A stretch of DNA of 64,000 nt from Chiloscyllium plagiosum. Lineage: Eukaryota. Each line of letters starts with the position of its first letter. The stretch's first letter is position 1. The stretch lies in the NCBI RefSeq assembly GCF_004010195.1, contig NC_057718.1:58711325-58775324 (forward strand), read 5' to 3'. The position numbers and the translations under genes were made by a program. Below are positions 39,452 through 51,830 of this stretch, piece after piece. Under the pieces are notes generated by a model, which did not search any database, was not told the origin of the DNA, and saw only the letters and a program-made list of their open reading frames with translations.

Positions 39452-40435
39452 ACCACAGGCAGTTCATGCTGAAACTGAGACTGAAGGATTTCCGGAGTGT
39501 TATTATAAGAAACAGAGTTCTGATGAAAAACTTAAACTGACAGGAGTCTGTAATTGCTGAGCCAATCTTTTCAATTGTTTGTGAACCAGGACATAATTTT
39601 TGCAATTGTTTATATCTCAAGTACAGAGAAGATTCTAAGATAATTGTCAGTGCCACTGCAAATTTCATGCCCACTTCCATAATTATATGTAACTGATCCT
39701 GATGCCATATCTCCTTATCCAAATATCAGTTTCAAATCCTCTGGTGCTTAATGTTCGTCTTCTGTTGTGAACTCTAGGTAGCATCTGCCACACGGGTAAA
39801 GACAGTTGCAAAGTATTCATTTAACACCTCAGGTATGACTAATGGCTCTTTGTGCAAATGCAAATGGACATAATTCATTTTTTGACCACTTGTTTACTAA
39901 TGATGTGCTTAAGGACTTTGAGGACTTCTTTTATGTTAGCTGCCAGCCTTTTCTCATAATCCCTCTTTGCTTCTTCTATTTGCTTTATCATCTTGTTTCT
40001 GAATCTTTTGCATTCAGCATGGTCCTCAACTGTATTTGTTACTTGACAGAAGTCTTTTTTTAACTTAATTTCTATTTACTTTGTCATCTAGGGAACTTTG
40101 GAATTGTTTGTGCAGACTGTCCCTTTTGAGGAAATATACCTTGATTTTGCACAAATCATCTACTTTTCGAAGGTAGCCCATTGTTCAGCTAATCTTTCTC
40201 CTGTCAACTTTTGAATCCAGTCTATCTGGCCCAGATTCTTTCTTGCCCCCTTAAATCCAGCTCTCCTCCAATTGATTGCCAATCATATGGATTGATCGAT
40301 ATCACTTTCTACCATCATCCATAGCCTTACCATGCAATGATCACAGTCCTATAAATCTTCTCCCACTGACACTTGATTCACCTCATTCCCAGAAACCACA
40401 CCTAGAAGTGCCTCCATTTTTGTTGGACTGGACAC

Positions 40436-40566
40436 ACTGCTCAAGATTCCATGCTTGTCACCATCTCGCATTACCATCTGCTGTTGGAGGTTTCATTACA
40501 CAAAGTACATCACCTGAAGTCAAGGTAATACCACAAAAGTAGCCAAAACATTCCTTAACAAATTTC
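40436..40566 (+). repeat. 131-bp direct repeat, copy 2, inserted in CR1 sequence
   Basis: Near-identical to 39131-39261. Confidence 0.95.
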
Positions 40567-41312
40567 CGGAAAATTCCGTAGAAAATTTTCCTGAGCACAA
40601 TCTAGAAATGCTTGTTCCTTGCTATCTCTTATACTACCACTCTCCTGGTCTCTTTATGGATAATCAAAGTCCCCCATGGTAACTATTCTATTTACATCTT
40701 TTAGTTATTTAGATTCATAGAGTTAAACAACACAGAAACAGAACCTTCGGTCCAGCTAGTCCATGCTTCTCGTTGTCCTCTATTACTTTAACTTAACATT
40801 GATCTTTCTCTTTTTTCTGTTGATTAAAACTGGAGATTGGGAGAAAGTAGAAATCCTTCATGTTTTCTTACATATTGGCTCGCTCTCCTATGTCTGGAGG
40901 TTCTTTCTTTCTGATTGTTAGTTTAGAAATTTATACTTTTCAAAATTGCTGTGTTGAAACAATCCAGAACAGCAGCCTTTCAAAAGCTAATCAATTCTAA
41001 ATATTCCACTCAGTCACATTTTCTATTCTCATTTTATTTTATCTGATGTCTGCTCCCTCCCTATCTCTCATGTTTTTAGATGCAGCTGACTGTCTTCTGG
41101 TACAGTTCTCTCCTACTCTGGCTCGGAGTTTTAAGAAAATCTTTTCTTTCATGAGATACTGATGTTGCTGACTATGTCAGTATTTATTGCCCAAATGAAA
41201 AGTTCCACTCTGTAAATGTATAATTGGTTTGTGACTCAGGTGGTACCACCATTTTGGTGAATGCAGCCAAGATACCTTCATTTTTTTGTCAATCAGTCCT
41301 ACCCACTTGGAG

Positions 41313-41855
41313 AAGAACAAAGAACAAAGAAAATTACAACACAGGAACAGGCCCTTTGGCCCTCCAAGCCTATGCTGATCCAGATCCTCTATCTAAACCT
41401 GTTGCCTATTTTCTACAGATCTGTATCTCTCTGCTCCCTGCCCATTCATGTATCTGTCTAGATACATGTTAAATGACACTATCGTGCCCTCTTCTACCAC
41501 CTCCACTGGCAACGCATTGCAGGCACTCACCACCTTCTGGGTAAAGAACTTCCAATACCTATCACCCTTAAACTTTTCCCCTCTCACTTTGAACTTGTGA
41601 TCCCTAGTAATTGAGTTCCCCATTCTAGGAAAAAGCTTCTTGCTATCCATCCTGTCTATACCTGTCATGATTTTGTAGACCTCAATCAGAGCCCCCCCCA
41701 ACCCCATCTTTCTAATGAAAAAAATCCTAATCTACTCAAACTCTCCTCATAGCTAGCACCCTCCAATCCAGGCAACATCCTGGTGAACCTCCTCTGCATC
41801 CTCTCCAAAGTATCCACATTCTTTTGGTAATGTGGCAACCAGAACTGTACACAGA
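41313..41855 (-). mobile_element. CR1 3' fragment
   Basis: CVQFWLPHYQKNV..LIEVYKIM..FFTQKVV; (AGAACAA)n tail on the plus strand. Confidence 0.9.
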
Positions 41856-42084
41856 AGGACCAGAGGCTGCTGCTCAGGAGCAAGGGGTATGCTTTTCATA
41901 CATGGCTGGTACCTACCCTTCTACCATTCTATCACTAGAGCAGAGAACCACAGAACCATCTTGAACATTTTCAAGCAGGTAATTTAGTTCTTTACACATC
42001 AATTCCAATGCCTTTACTTCTCGTGTGGGGAAACGCATGTAGTACATGCCAGAGAGATTCCCAAAGCTTATATTATCAACAACT

Positions 42085-42860
42085 ATTTATATTGTATTGT
42101 GCCTTCAGCATAATTAAACACCCCGAGATGCTCTACATCAACATTATAAAACAAGTAGAGTATCGAATCACATTGGAATATTAGATCATATGGCCAAAGC
42201 TTGGTCAAAGGGATACATTTTAAGAAATTTCTTAAATGAGGAAAGCAATTTAGAGAACAAACAGTTGGAGGGAAAGAATTCCACAGCTTGGCACCTCGGC
42301 ATTGGAAAGAACAATCTGCATTGGTGGAGTATTTAGGATCAGGAATGCATAAAGGACCAGAGTGAGAGGAACAAATATCTTGGACAGTTTTGCAAGGTTG
42401 GAAGAAATTACAGAGTTGGAGGGGCAAAGCTATGGAGGTATTGAAAAACAAGGTTGAGAATTTTAGTATCAGGATGTTTGATCAAGAGCCAATATTGGTC
42501 AGAAAGCAGGCAGTGATTGAAGAATAGTTCTTATTGCGAGTTAAGAAATGGATAAGAAAGTTATGGGTGACCTAAAGTTTATGGAAGGTTGAGTGTCGGA
42601 GTCCAATCAGACGTATGTTGGAATGGTCAAGTCTAGATACCTCAAAGGCACGAATGAGGGTTAGAATAGTTGAGCTGAGACAAGTATAAAGTTATGGGGT
42701 GTTACAGAGTGAGAAATGGTCATCTTGGAGATGCCATATTTATCTGGTTTGATGTTCTACTTGGGAACAAATTCAACACTAGATTTGTAAATTAGATTAG
42801 CTTCATTTCATACTATTGCAATAGGAAGGGATAGAATCAGTTGTTAGATACTGGAGTTTG
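42085..42860 (-). mobile_element. L2-clade LINE 3' relic
   Basis: GAKLWNSFP motif in ORF 42083-42451; similar to the 4935-5600 region. Confidence 0.7.
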
Positions 42861-43985
42861 GTGCTGCATTTGGTCCATAATCTTGCCATTTTGAAGATGT
42901 ATCCATTACCTCCAGGGCTCCAGAAGCTAACTCAAGAGCAGAAGGAAGAAAGGGAAGAAGAGAAACAAGGGAAGCATTCTGAACCCTATTTACCTGTTTG
43001 GGCTATGAGAAAGTGGGATTATCAGGCTCCAATTTCAGTGAACCAACTTCACCATCCAAATGTAGACACACTGATGCCCATTGGTACATCCATCAAAGAC
43101 GCCTTATCACAAAAATTATATGTGTGTCTCGAGGATTGCTACTGGCTAGTTGCTTGGTAGTTTATTAAGCTGCATGATAATTTGGTGGGAACGCAAAGCA
43201 ATGTGAAAATACTTAATTGATCTTTCGGCAATGCTGCCAAGTCCTTAGGGTCAGTTCCTGAGCATTGGTCTCACTTACAATCTGTTTGCACTCCCTCAGC
43301 TTCAAACGCTGCCTTGCTTCTTGAATGCATAAAACTGCTACCTCTATTGAGACATCACTGAATCTTGGAGCCCTCTCCTTGGTTTGGTGGTTTATCATTT
43401 GTTTTCCCCCAATCTTCAACCTTGCATCATATTTTCAGCCTTCAATTCTCTAGTGCAACTTCCCTTTAAGAGGGACCCCCTACATTTAGGAGCTGGAGGT
43501 ATACATTCTTAGATATTCAACCACTCAGTAGCATGAATTGTGCTCACCATCACCTTATCTCGACGAGGACTAGTAAGGGAAGTGTAAGTGTCCATTTCTA
43601 TCTATCTTTTATTATTGAGATTTTCCTATAATAAATGTGACTGTGCACTGTTTTGGTGTGGGCAGATGTAAAATATATCTACATGGCATATTCCAACATT
43701 TCCTATGACATTCATACAAAGGCTGTGGTGTAATATGTAGTCTTGTAAAAAGAATTGTATTTTCTTAAGTAAATCTACCATGAGTAAGGGATGGCAGCTT
43801 AAATATAAGCACACTCTGTCATTCATTTCCAGGAGAAGCAAAGCATATCTTTATGGCAACCTCAATAGCCTCAGAGCATTTGGGACTTGTTTTCAAATAT
43901 ACTGTAGCTTGCAGTGACCTGTAGATGGCATTCCACTGTATTGGCAATGCATTACTCTTCAATTGTGTTACTTCTGAGAAAGAGC

Positions 43986-44078
43986 TGAAAATGTGTTGCT
44001 GGAACAGCGCAGCAGGTCAGGCAGCATCCAGGGAACAGGAGAATCGACGTTTCGGGCATAAGCCCTTCTTCAGGAATT
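43986..44078 (-). mobile_element. 93-bp solo Penelope terminal unit with 15-bp TSD
   Basis: CTTCTGAGAAAGAGC at 43971-43985 and 44079-44093. Confidence 0.9.
44042..44077 (-). ncRNA. Minimal hammerhead ribozyme motif
   Basis: AUUC-CUGAAGA-A-GGGC-UUAU-GCCC-GAAAC-GUC-GAUU. Confidence 0.8.
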
Positions 44079-44809
44079 CTTCTGAGAAAGAGCCAGACGA
44101 GTACAAGTTAAGGGAAAATTCCTTATTTTGTTGACCATTTTTCCCTTTTTACTGACATTGAAAAAACAGAAGATAGAAATAAATTATCCTGTATTAAACA
44201 ATCTAAATGAGATGACTAGTTGTAAGTTATTGGTTTATTTATTATTTATCAAAGAAAAGAATGGGGAAAGAAAAAACTGAAACTCTTGGGAAATTAGGTA
44301 TTATAAGGCTGACCGCTGCTACGAAATTAATTGTGCTGCCAGAAGAATTTGGACATTGTTGCTTTTAAATTGTTTTATGAGTTGTTCAGTCAGGGCACAC
44401 TGTAGTAATTGGGCTTATGTTTCACTTCATACCAGTGGTTAATGATAGAAAGTTACAGAATAGATTCATGACTGCTCTGGGTTTTCTTTTTGTACAATAC
44501 AGGAAGACATTCAGACCATGAGGGCAGCAATATTCGGAATGGACCTAGTGGTTAATCATGAGGGAAGCAATTAATCTTAGCCTGCAAATTGCTGCTTGCC
44601 TCCCACATGCAGGTACAGTTACAAAAAGGTATCTGAGGAAGCAGTTAGCAAATCTATCGCCGTGTTTTGAATTGAGAATCACAGGATAATAGGATATGAC
44701 CGCAATAAGAAATTGTTAAAAGGAAAGCCTGACACTGCAGTTATTTTTCATCATTTTGGTTAGATTGTGGTTAAAAGAAGATGCAAAATCAGATACTCAA
44801 TTATCACAA

Positions 44810-45130
44810 TGAAAAATGAAAATGTTGAAAACATTCAGCAGGTCAGGCAGCATCTGTGAAGCGAGTAACAGAGTTAATGTTTCAGGTCAGCGACTTTTCG
44901 GCAGAACTGGGAAAAATTGAAGGTGCATGGGGATTTGAACAAGGGTTTGGTGGCTCAAGGGCAAGAAGATCTGTGAGAAGGTGAAAGCCAGGAGATTGAA
45001 TGTCAGATGTGTTCATCTTCTAGAGCCAAATGAAATGTTGCCGAGGTAAGAAAGAAAGAAACAAAAGCTGGGCTGAGGAAAAGTAGATTGCTGTCTAAAA
45101 GCAAAAAAGGAGAAAAACCTGAATCCTGAA
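44810..45130 (-). mobile_element. Old Penelope-like 3' terminal relic
   Basis: CAGCAGGTCAGGCAGCATCTGTG..ACAGAGTTAATGTTTCAGG terminus motif. Confidence 0.55.
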
Positions 45131-47799
45131 CATAAAAGAAATCAGGGAGGCGGGGGAATGTGGATGATGTGATGCCTCTGATCTGAGAATTGTTCCTTTA
45201 TAACTTGACACTATAATTAAACTGGATTAATTCTGCCTTCATGTATGCAGTGATGCAGGCATTGGTAACTTATCAAGCAATACTTATGTTAGTTCCCATT
45301 ACATAAGAGCTAGGCATGAGTTACGTAGTGCAAAAAGATTCAATAGAAGTTTATTATAGCTCCCTGATATCTGCACATGTACAACATTTTCAGACACTGT
45401 GTGTCTTGGCTAGGACTGATCAATTTAGTTTCAAACAAGGGTACATTTTCCTCGACATGCCATGTTGCAAGTGACACCAGAAAGACGGAGAGTGAGATCT
45501 TTATACGGTCAGGTCACGTGCTATAATACTGCGATGGTAATCATGACCATGTCACATAAAGATGTATTGTATACTCTGTATGATACATAAAATAAAGTTA
45601 GTGGTGAGGGGCCAGGGGTACAGAATTTACAGTCTGAAATTGTGAAACTTAGTGTTGAGTCTGGAAGGCGATAAAGTTTCTGATCAAAAGATGAGATGTT
45701 GTTCCACAAGCTTACCATTCTTGTACATTGGTAGAAACTTACTGATGTTAGGTAGCCCTTGTACCTTGTGAGAACATGTATTTTGGGAGAGAATTCCACT
45801 TAGTGCACAGTCACTGATCCAGACACAAATTCTGCAGAAAATCTCACCAGGTTTGAAACCTGTATTTTTTTCCCTGGAGTTTCTGCTCAAACCGGTTCCC
45901 ATGACACCATATTCATCATCTGCAAATATAATCAGGCTGTGTGCAAGAGCATTAATTATTTTTAAAAAATACTTCCATGAGCATTTCTTAATCTATTTAA
46001 GACTGGTAACTTAGTACAGTTTGAATGATGCAGCTGAAAATGGATTCCTTACAAACAATAAACATTTTTGATCGTTGTGCCAAATTCCGCCATCTGTGAG
46101 TGCATGATTTTACTTAACTGAAAATGACTTTGGAAATGTGTAGTTAATAACTGTAGTTATATTGAGGTACAAAAGTTTGTTTCCTGGTACATTAAAACAA
46201 ACCAAAATGTGAAACATGCCCATTAGTGTTCTTAAACCCTAAAGAGCCAGTTTGAAGTTTAGAGCCTCATGAACAGTCTGCAAATGAGCTTAGCAGAATT
46301 CCAGTAATGACAAGTTCATCAGGAGCATGATCAGTTTTGTGGGTAAGGCTAATTTCGAAAGTAATGCATTTTTGAAACAAGTGCAACCTTAGAAACTCAT
46401 TTTGTTAACTTTTGCTTACAATTCTGTGATTTTTTTTACCCAATTATACTCATTACGCTTGAATTGCACAAGACAACTTAGCCGTAAGTTTTTTTTCTGC
46501 TGGCGAGGATCTTGCTGGAGGTTATTAACTGGAAGGAGAGTTTTTCAGTTAGTAATACATGGGATCAGTAGTCGGCAACTCTCATTGCGATGGTGCAGTT
46601 CTATCCTTTTGTCAATCCTTCAAATGATTCTGAAACAGCCAACAATTTTTTTAAAAATCAGTGTTTCTTGAACAGCAAGACTACGAAGGAGTTTGACTTA
46701 ATGACAATTACTTGATGATCAATTCATCGAGTGGAATTTTATGAAGAGATAGAGATCTTATCTGCCAGCTGGAATGCTAGTGAGAACTCCATCCACCTGT
46801 CTTTGTGAAGGACCACCACATTTAAGTGTCTTAACTGGGCAGCAGTGGGCCATTCATGCAATCAAGGACCCATAGTCAGGACTAGAGTGAATGCTAAAAT
46901 GCATTCTACTTATCCAGTACAGCCCATATCTACTACCATTGAACTAGGGAGACTATTGTTCCAAATTCAACGAGATAGCTCTCACAAACGAGCATAATAT
47001 GTCAGTAGAGTGCCAGATAATGTGTCTAGAATTAGAGCCGAGATGTCCCAAAACTATTCAACATCTAATCTATAATCAGGAATGCGAAGCGTATCCCCTT
47101 TAATCCCAACACAAATGTGACACAAAACATGACAAAACTTTACAGAGATAATAAATTGAAAAGGATAACAAAAGCCCACCCTGACTGGCCAATGGTCTAA
47201 AGAACAAAACATAGAATTTATTGAATTCTCACAGTCCACTGGATTTCTAGTTAATGGATGAAGGATTGCTGATAGCCAAAGATCAATGGCAGATCTTCCA
47301 AACAAGATTCAGTTCAGATGAAAATCAAGCTGGTTCTTTGTCTTTGGAAAGCAATCAGAGTCTACCTTCTCCGTGTTTACAAAGTGGTCAATACACTGAG
47401 ATGTGAAACTTTCCAATCACTTCAACCAAGAGAAGGAGGGAGAGATTTGAAGCTTTAGTGGAAGCTTTGGGTGTTTTCTTCCTTCTGACTTCCAAAGATT
47501 TTGAAACTGAGACGAGAAAGAGTTGCTCGGCAACTGATAACACAGTCTCTTTAAAAGGCAGTTTCTCTTCAGCAATTAAGGACAATAAAGTCTCTCAGAA
47601 AGCATTGCTTGGCTATTTTTCCAAAGTCTCCTGACTTTGGACAATCAACAAATGGATTACAGGCCACATAAAATTTTGACCTCAGTTCCAAAGAAAAAGC
47701 CACAAGTTCACTTTTTGCTCAATAAAATTCTTGTGTCCAAACTGTTCAATATCTTCTCGATATCATGGACACAGAAACGGGAATTCTGAGTTACAAGAT

Positions 47800-48425
47800 G
47801 ACCAATTTATATTTCTATCATTGAATTCTGAAACAATATTCAGCCTGCGGAGTGACTTGTTAGTCTATGCCGAACAATGTTCTCATAGCTGTCGGGCGAA
47901 CAGTTACACCAGAGTCACCCGACATCACTAAGTACTGGACAAAGGCCAACAATTCAGGTTAGAGGTCATGAATCTCCAAAGCTTTTGAAGACATGATATC
48001 TAATTGTAGTACTTGTGCCATTCATAGTTAAAACCATATGGAACCATTAATGTCATATTATCTCAACCTTGGGAATATTTCAGGATGACATTTCTTTTAT
48101 GATCGAAGATAAGACATTGGATTGTTGCTCCCATTTGATTATTATCAAGGTCATCCAACCTCAGGCGCCACTTGGGAATGGTTATTGCGATGCCGAAGAA
48201 AACATTTCCTCCACATGGTATTCTTAATTTAGTTATCTCTGACCATGATCCCCTGTTCGCTCATGATTGCTTCAAATGTTCAAACAAGACCAACAGTTTT
48301 GTCCACATCACTTACTGTCCAAGTTACCCAAAGGCTGATGGAGAAATCAAAAGGGAGGTTACACCATCAAATCTTCATTGAAGATTGGTGACATCACTTT
48401 AGCCCTGTTAAATTACTGATCTATG
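47800..48425 (+). mobile_element. Gypsy integrase relic
   Basis: EDMISNCSTCAIH (zinc finger), HGILNLVISDHDPLF (cf. HGIPxxLVSDNGPQF), SYPKADGEIKR (cf. YPQANGEAER). Confidence 0.8.
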
Positions 48426-48737
48426 TGACTGCAGAGCAATCTTGCTTCATCAGATCTCTTGATGAATGGGCGATTACACACACAGAGGAGGTGGAGATGT
48501 TGTGGGAATGTCACTGGACTAGTAATCCAGAACTCCAGGCTAATGTCTGCATGATGGGGTTCAAAATAAAGTCTAAATTGAAACCTTATGGTGACTATTG
48601 TCATAAAAATCTAATGGGTTCACTTATGTTCTTTAAGGAAGAAAATAAGACCATAAGATGTAGGAGAAGAAGAAGGCTATTCAGCCAAATATGCCTGCTC
48701 CACCACTCAAAGAAATCATGGCTGATCTAATAATCTA

Positions 48738-48944
48738 GGAGAAAGTGAGAACTGGAGATAGAGTTGAGAGTGTGGTGCTGGAAAAGCACAGTAGGTCAGG
48801 TAGCATCCAAGGAGCAGAAGAATCGACATTTCGGGCATAAGCCCTTCATTCCTGATGAAGGGTTTATGCCTGAAACGTCGATTCTCCTGCTCCTGGGATG
48901 CTGCCCGACCTGCTGCGCTTTTCCAGCAACACACTCTCAACTCT
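48738..48944. mobile_element. Penelope terminal inverted dimer with arms of about 90 bp
   Basis: 48760-48848 is the reverse complement of about 48855-48944; ATAATC is duplicated at the flanks. Confidence 0.9.
48848..48883 (+). ncRNA. Minimal hammerhead ribozyme motif with G-U wobbles in stem II
   Basis: AUUC-CUGAUGA-A-GGGU-UUAU-GCCU-GAAAC-GUC-GAUU. Confidence 0.75.
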
Positions 48945-51029
48945 GGAAGGATAATCCTCAACTCCACCTTCCTGCCTTTTCCCTGTAACTGTCAATTCCT
49001 TTCTGATTAAAAATCTGGATAGCTCAACCTTGAATATATTTATGACCCAGCCTCAAAAGCTCTCTGTGGTAAAGAACTCCACAGATTCACTAACATTTAA
49101 GAGAAAAAAATTCTCTTCATCCCTGTCTTAAATTTGTGACCCTTATTCTGAAATTATGTCCTCCATTCTAAACTCTACCACAAGGAGAAAAACCTTTCCA
49201 CACCTATCCTTTCAAGTCCTCTAAGAATCTTGGATGTTCTGTGACTCACGACCCATAGAAATGTGGTTAACAATGCCCTCTGAAATTGTCTAGCAAGTCA
49301 CTCAGTTATATCAAACTACTACAAAATCAAAACAAAAGAATTAAACTAGATGAACACCTGGCATCAATCTCAGCCCCGAAATGGCAACACAGTAAATACA
49401 GTCCTACCAACTCTGTAATGTTCTCCTTACCCCCATCCAGGGATTTGTGCCAAAATTGGGAAAGCTGTCCCATAGACCAGTCAAGCAACAGCCTGACATA
49501 GTCATGTCACGGAATCACACCTTAGAGACAATGCCCAAAACACCACTAGACAGACCCACCAGAGGTGATGGCAATGATACTCAGTTGGGGAGACTGCAAA
49601 TTAACTCAAGGCCCCATGAAATCTCATGGCATCATCAGAGAAATGAAAGTACCCTTGAATCAGTACTTTCATGGTGAACACCATTTGCAGGACGCACTGA
49701 GGGGTTCAGAACACTCTGGGTGGAGGTGGCAATGCCCACCACTTAACATGGCTCAGTGGCACCACGACTGACTCAGCTGAGTGAGTCCTAAAAAAATGTA
49801 ACTGCCTCACAGAGTCAGCAGCAGGCGGTGAAAACACCAACAAGAGAGCAAAACCTCAACCTCAACCATCCATGACACTATTGTTGGGAGTGACATCTGT
49901 CTTCATATTGAAAATACTCACCATCATGTTTTGTCGTAGTACTAAGTGTAATTGACTTAGAACACATTTAGCAATGCACAATTGGGCATTCATGAGGTGT
50001 TGTGGGTCATCAATAACAGCAAAATTATGTTCAATCACAATAAGTAAACTCAGACAGTCATATCCCACTCTCTATAATTGCCATCAAGCCAGATGCTCAC
50101 TTCTGGTTCAAGGAAGAGTGCAGGTGAAGCACCAGGCATATCACAATATGATGTCAACCTGGTGAAGCTATTTATACACAGGCCTGTTTGCATGCCAAAC
50201 AGTAGAAGCAGCACACAGTAGCTGGGATAAGTAATCCCATAATCAAGAACTAAGCCCTGCCATCCTGCCACATCCAGTCATCAGTCATGGTGGATTATTA
50301 AGCAACTCAATGGTTGAGATGTCTCCACAAATATTACCCTACTGAGTGATGAGATAACCCAGACATCAAGTCAAGGCTAAAGCAATTGCTTCCATCTTTA
50401 TGAGAAGGATTGAATTTATGATTCATTTTAGCCTCTTCCTAAGATTTGTAACGTCATAGATACCAGTCTTCAACGAAACTGATTCACTCGACATGATATC
50501 AATAAACAGCTGAAGCAGTGGAGAATACAAAGACTATGGACTCTGACAAAATTTCAGCAACAATACTAAAGGCTTGTATTCCAGAACAAGTTTTACCCCT
50601 TGCCAAGCTGTTCCAGTTTGGTGCAACACTGGCATCTACTGGGCAATGTAAAAAAATGTCTAGTTCACAAAAAAGCAAGACAAATCCAAGCTGGCTAATT
50701 CTGACCCTATCAGTCTACTCTCAATAATTAATTGACTTGACAGTGCTTTCAAGGCACTATCTAGGTGATAGTCAGTTTGGTTTCTGCCAGAGCCTCTCAG
50801 CTTTTGATTACATTACAACTTTTGTCTAAACATAGACAAAAGCTGAACCCACGAGGTGAGATGAGTGACTGCCCTTGATATCAAGACAGCATTCAACTGG
50901 GTATGGCATGAAGCAGCACCAAGTGAAATTGGAGTTGCTGGCAATCCAGGGAAAAACCTGCTGCTGGTCGCAGTTATACGTAGCACAAGAAAAAATGATT
51001 ATGGTTGTTGCATGTCAATATAATGTAAT

Positions 51030-51830
51030 ATAATGAAATATAATGTGGGGAAAGTGAGTGTATGCCCTTTGGTAGGAAAAAGAATAGAGGGGGTGAATAT
51101 TATTTAAGTGGAGAAAGACTGCAGAAAGCTATGAAACAAAGGGATTTGGGAATCCTCATCCATGAATCTCAAACAGCTAACATCCAAATTCAGTGGGTAA
51201 TAGAGAAAGTAAATTAAATATTGGTCTTTATTTCAAAAGGAATGAAATCTAAAAGTAGGGAGTTTTTGCTAAAACCATACAAGGCACAAGTCAAACCAGA
51301 GGTGAAACACTGAACAGTTTTCAGCTCCTACCTAAGAAAAGGTATACTGTCATTGAAGAGTCCAGTTAAAGCTCAGAAAGTATGGAGGGAATTGTCATAT
51401 GAAGAGAGATTGAGTAGATTGGGCCAGTACATGGAATATGGAAGAATGAAAGGCAACTTTATTGAAATTTGTATGATTCATAGGGGACTTTACAGTGTCG
51501 CTGCAGAAAGGTTGTTTCCCTTTGAGAGAGAGTTTAAAAGCAGAGGGCATAATCTCAGAACAAGGAGTTGCATATTTAAGACAGAGATGAGGAGGAATTG
51601 GGGCAGTGAATCTGTGGAATTAATTACCACAAAGGACTGTTGAAGTGGGATCATATTATGTGTTCATGGCTAAAATAGACAGATTTTAAACAGTAAAGGA
51701 AAATAGGGTTATGTGGAAAAGTCGGGAAATAGAAGTTAAAGATTATCAGATCAGCTATAAGTTCATTGAATGATGTGAAATATTGATGGGCTGAATGGCC
51801 TACTTTTGCTCTTCGTCTTATGATCTTATT
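51030..51830 (+). mobile_element. CR1 3' fragment
   Basis: LSYEERLSRLG..RMKGNFIE..SRGHNLR; TCTTATGATCTTA tail. Confidence 0.85.

Larger units (their letters stand above)
36942..40700 (-). mobile_element. Old CR1 LINE fragmented by later insertions
   Basis: MQFNVEKCDIMGFG in ORF 37428-37691; ALTIILESSL in ORF 39441-39722; endonuclease remnants to about 40700. Confidence 0.75.
48646..49238 (-). mobile_element. CR1 3' tail fragment hosting a Penelope dimer
   Basis: TAAGACCATAAGA tail and GGCTATTCAGCC CR1 3'UTR motif. Confidence 0.85.
48485..51018 (+). mobile_element. LINE with a tRNA/SINE-like 5' head, endonuclease and N-terminal RT; decayed and interrupted by CR1
   Basis: 5' head homologous to the SINEs at 2491 and 3735; PKLGKLSHRPVKQQPDIV (endonuclease start); DKISATILKACIPEQVLPLAKLFQ (pre-RT); ALDIKTAF (RT motif). 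Confidence 0.8.

Noticed and set aside
39131..40566. 131-bp direct repeats as LTRs of a small retroelement
   Set aside because: No TG..CA ends, PBS, PPT or TSD, and the interior is mostly old CR1 that continues beyond the second repeat
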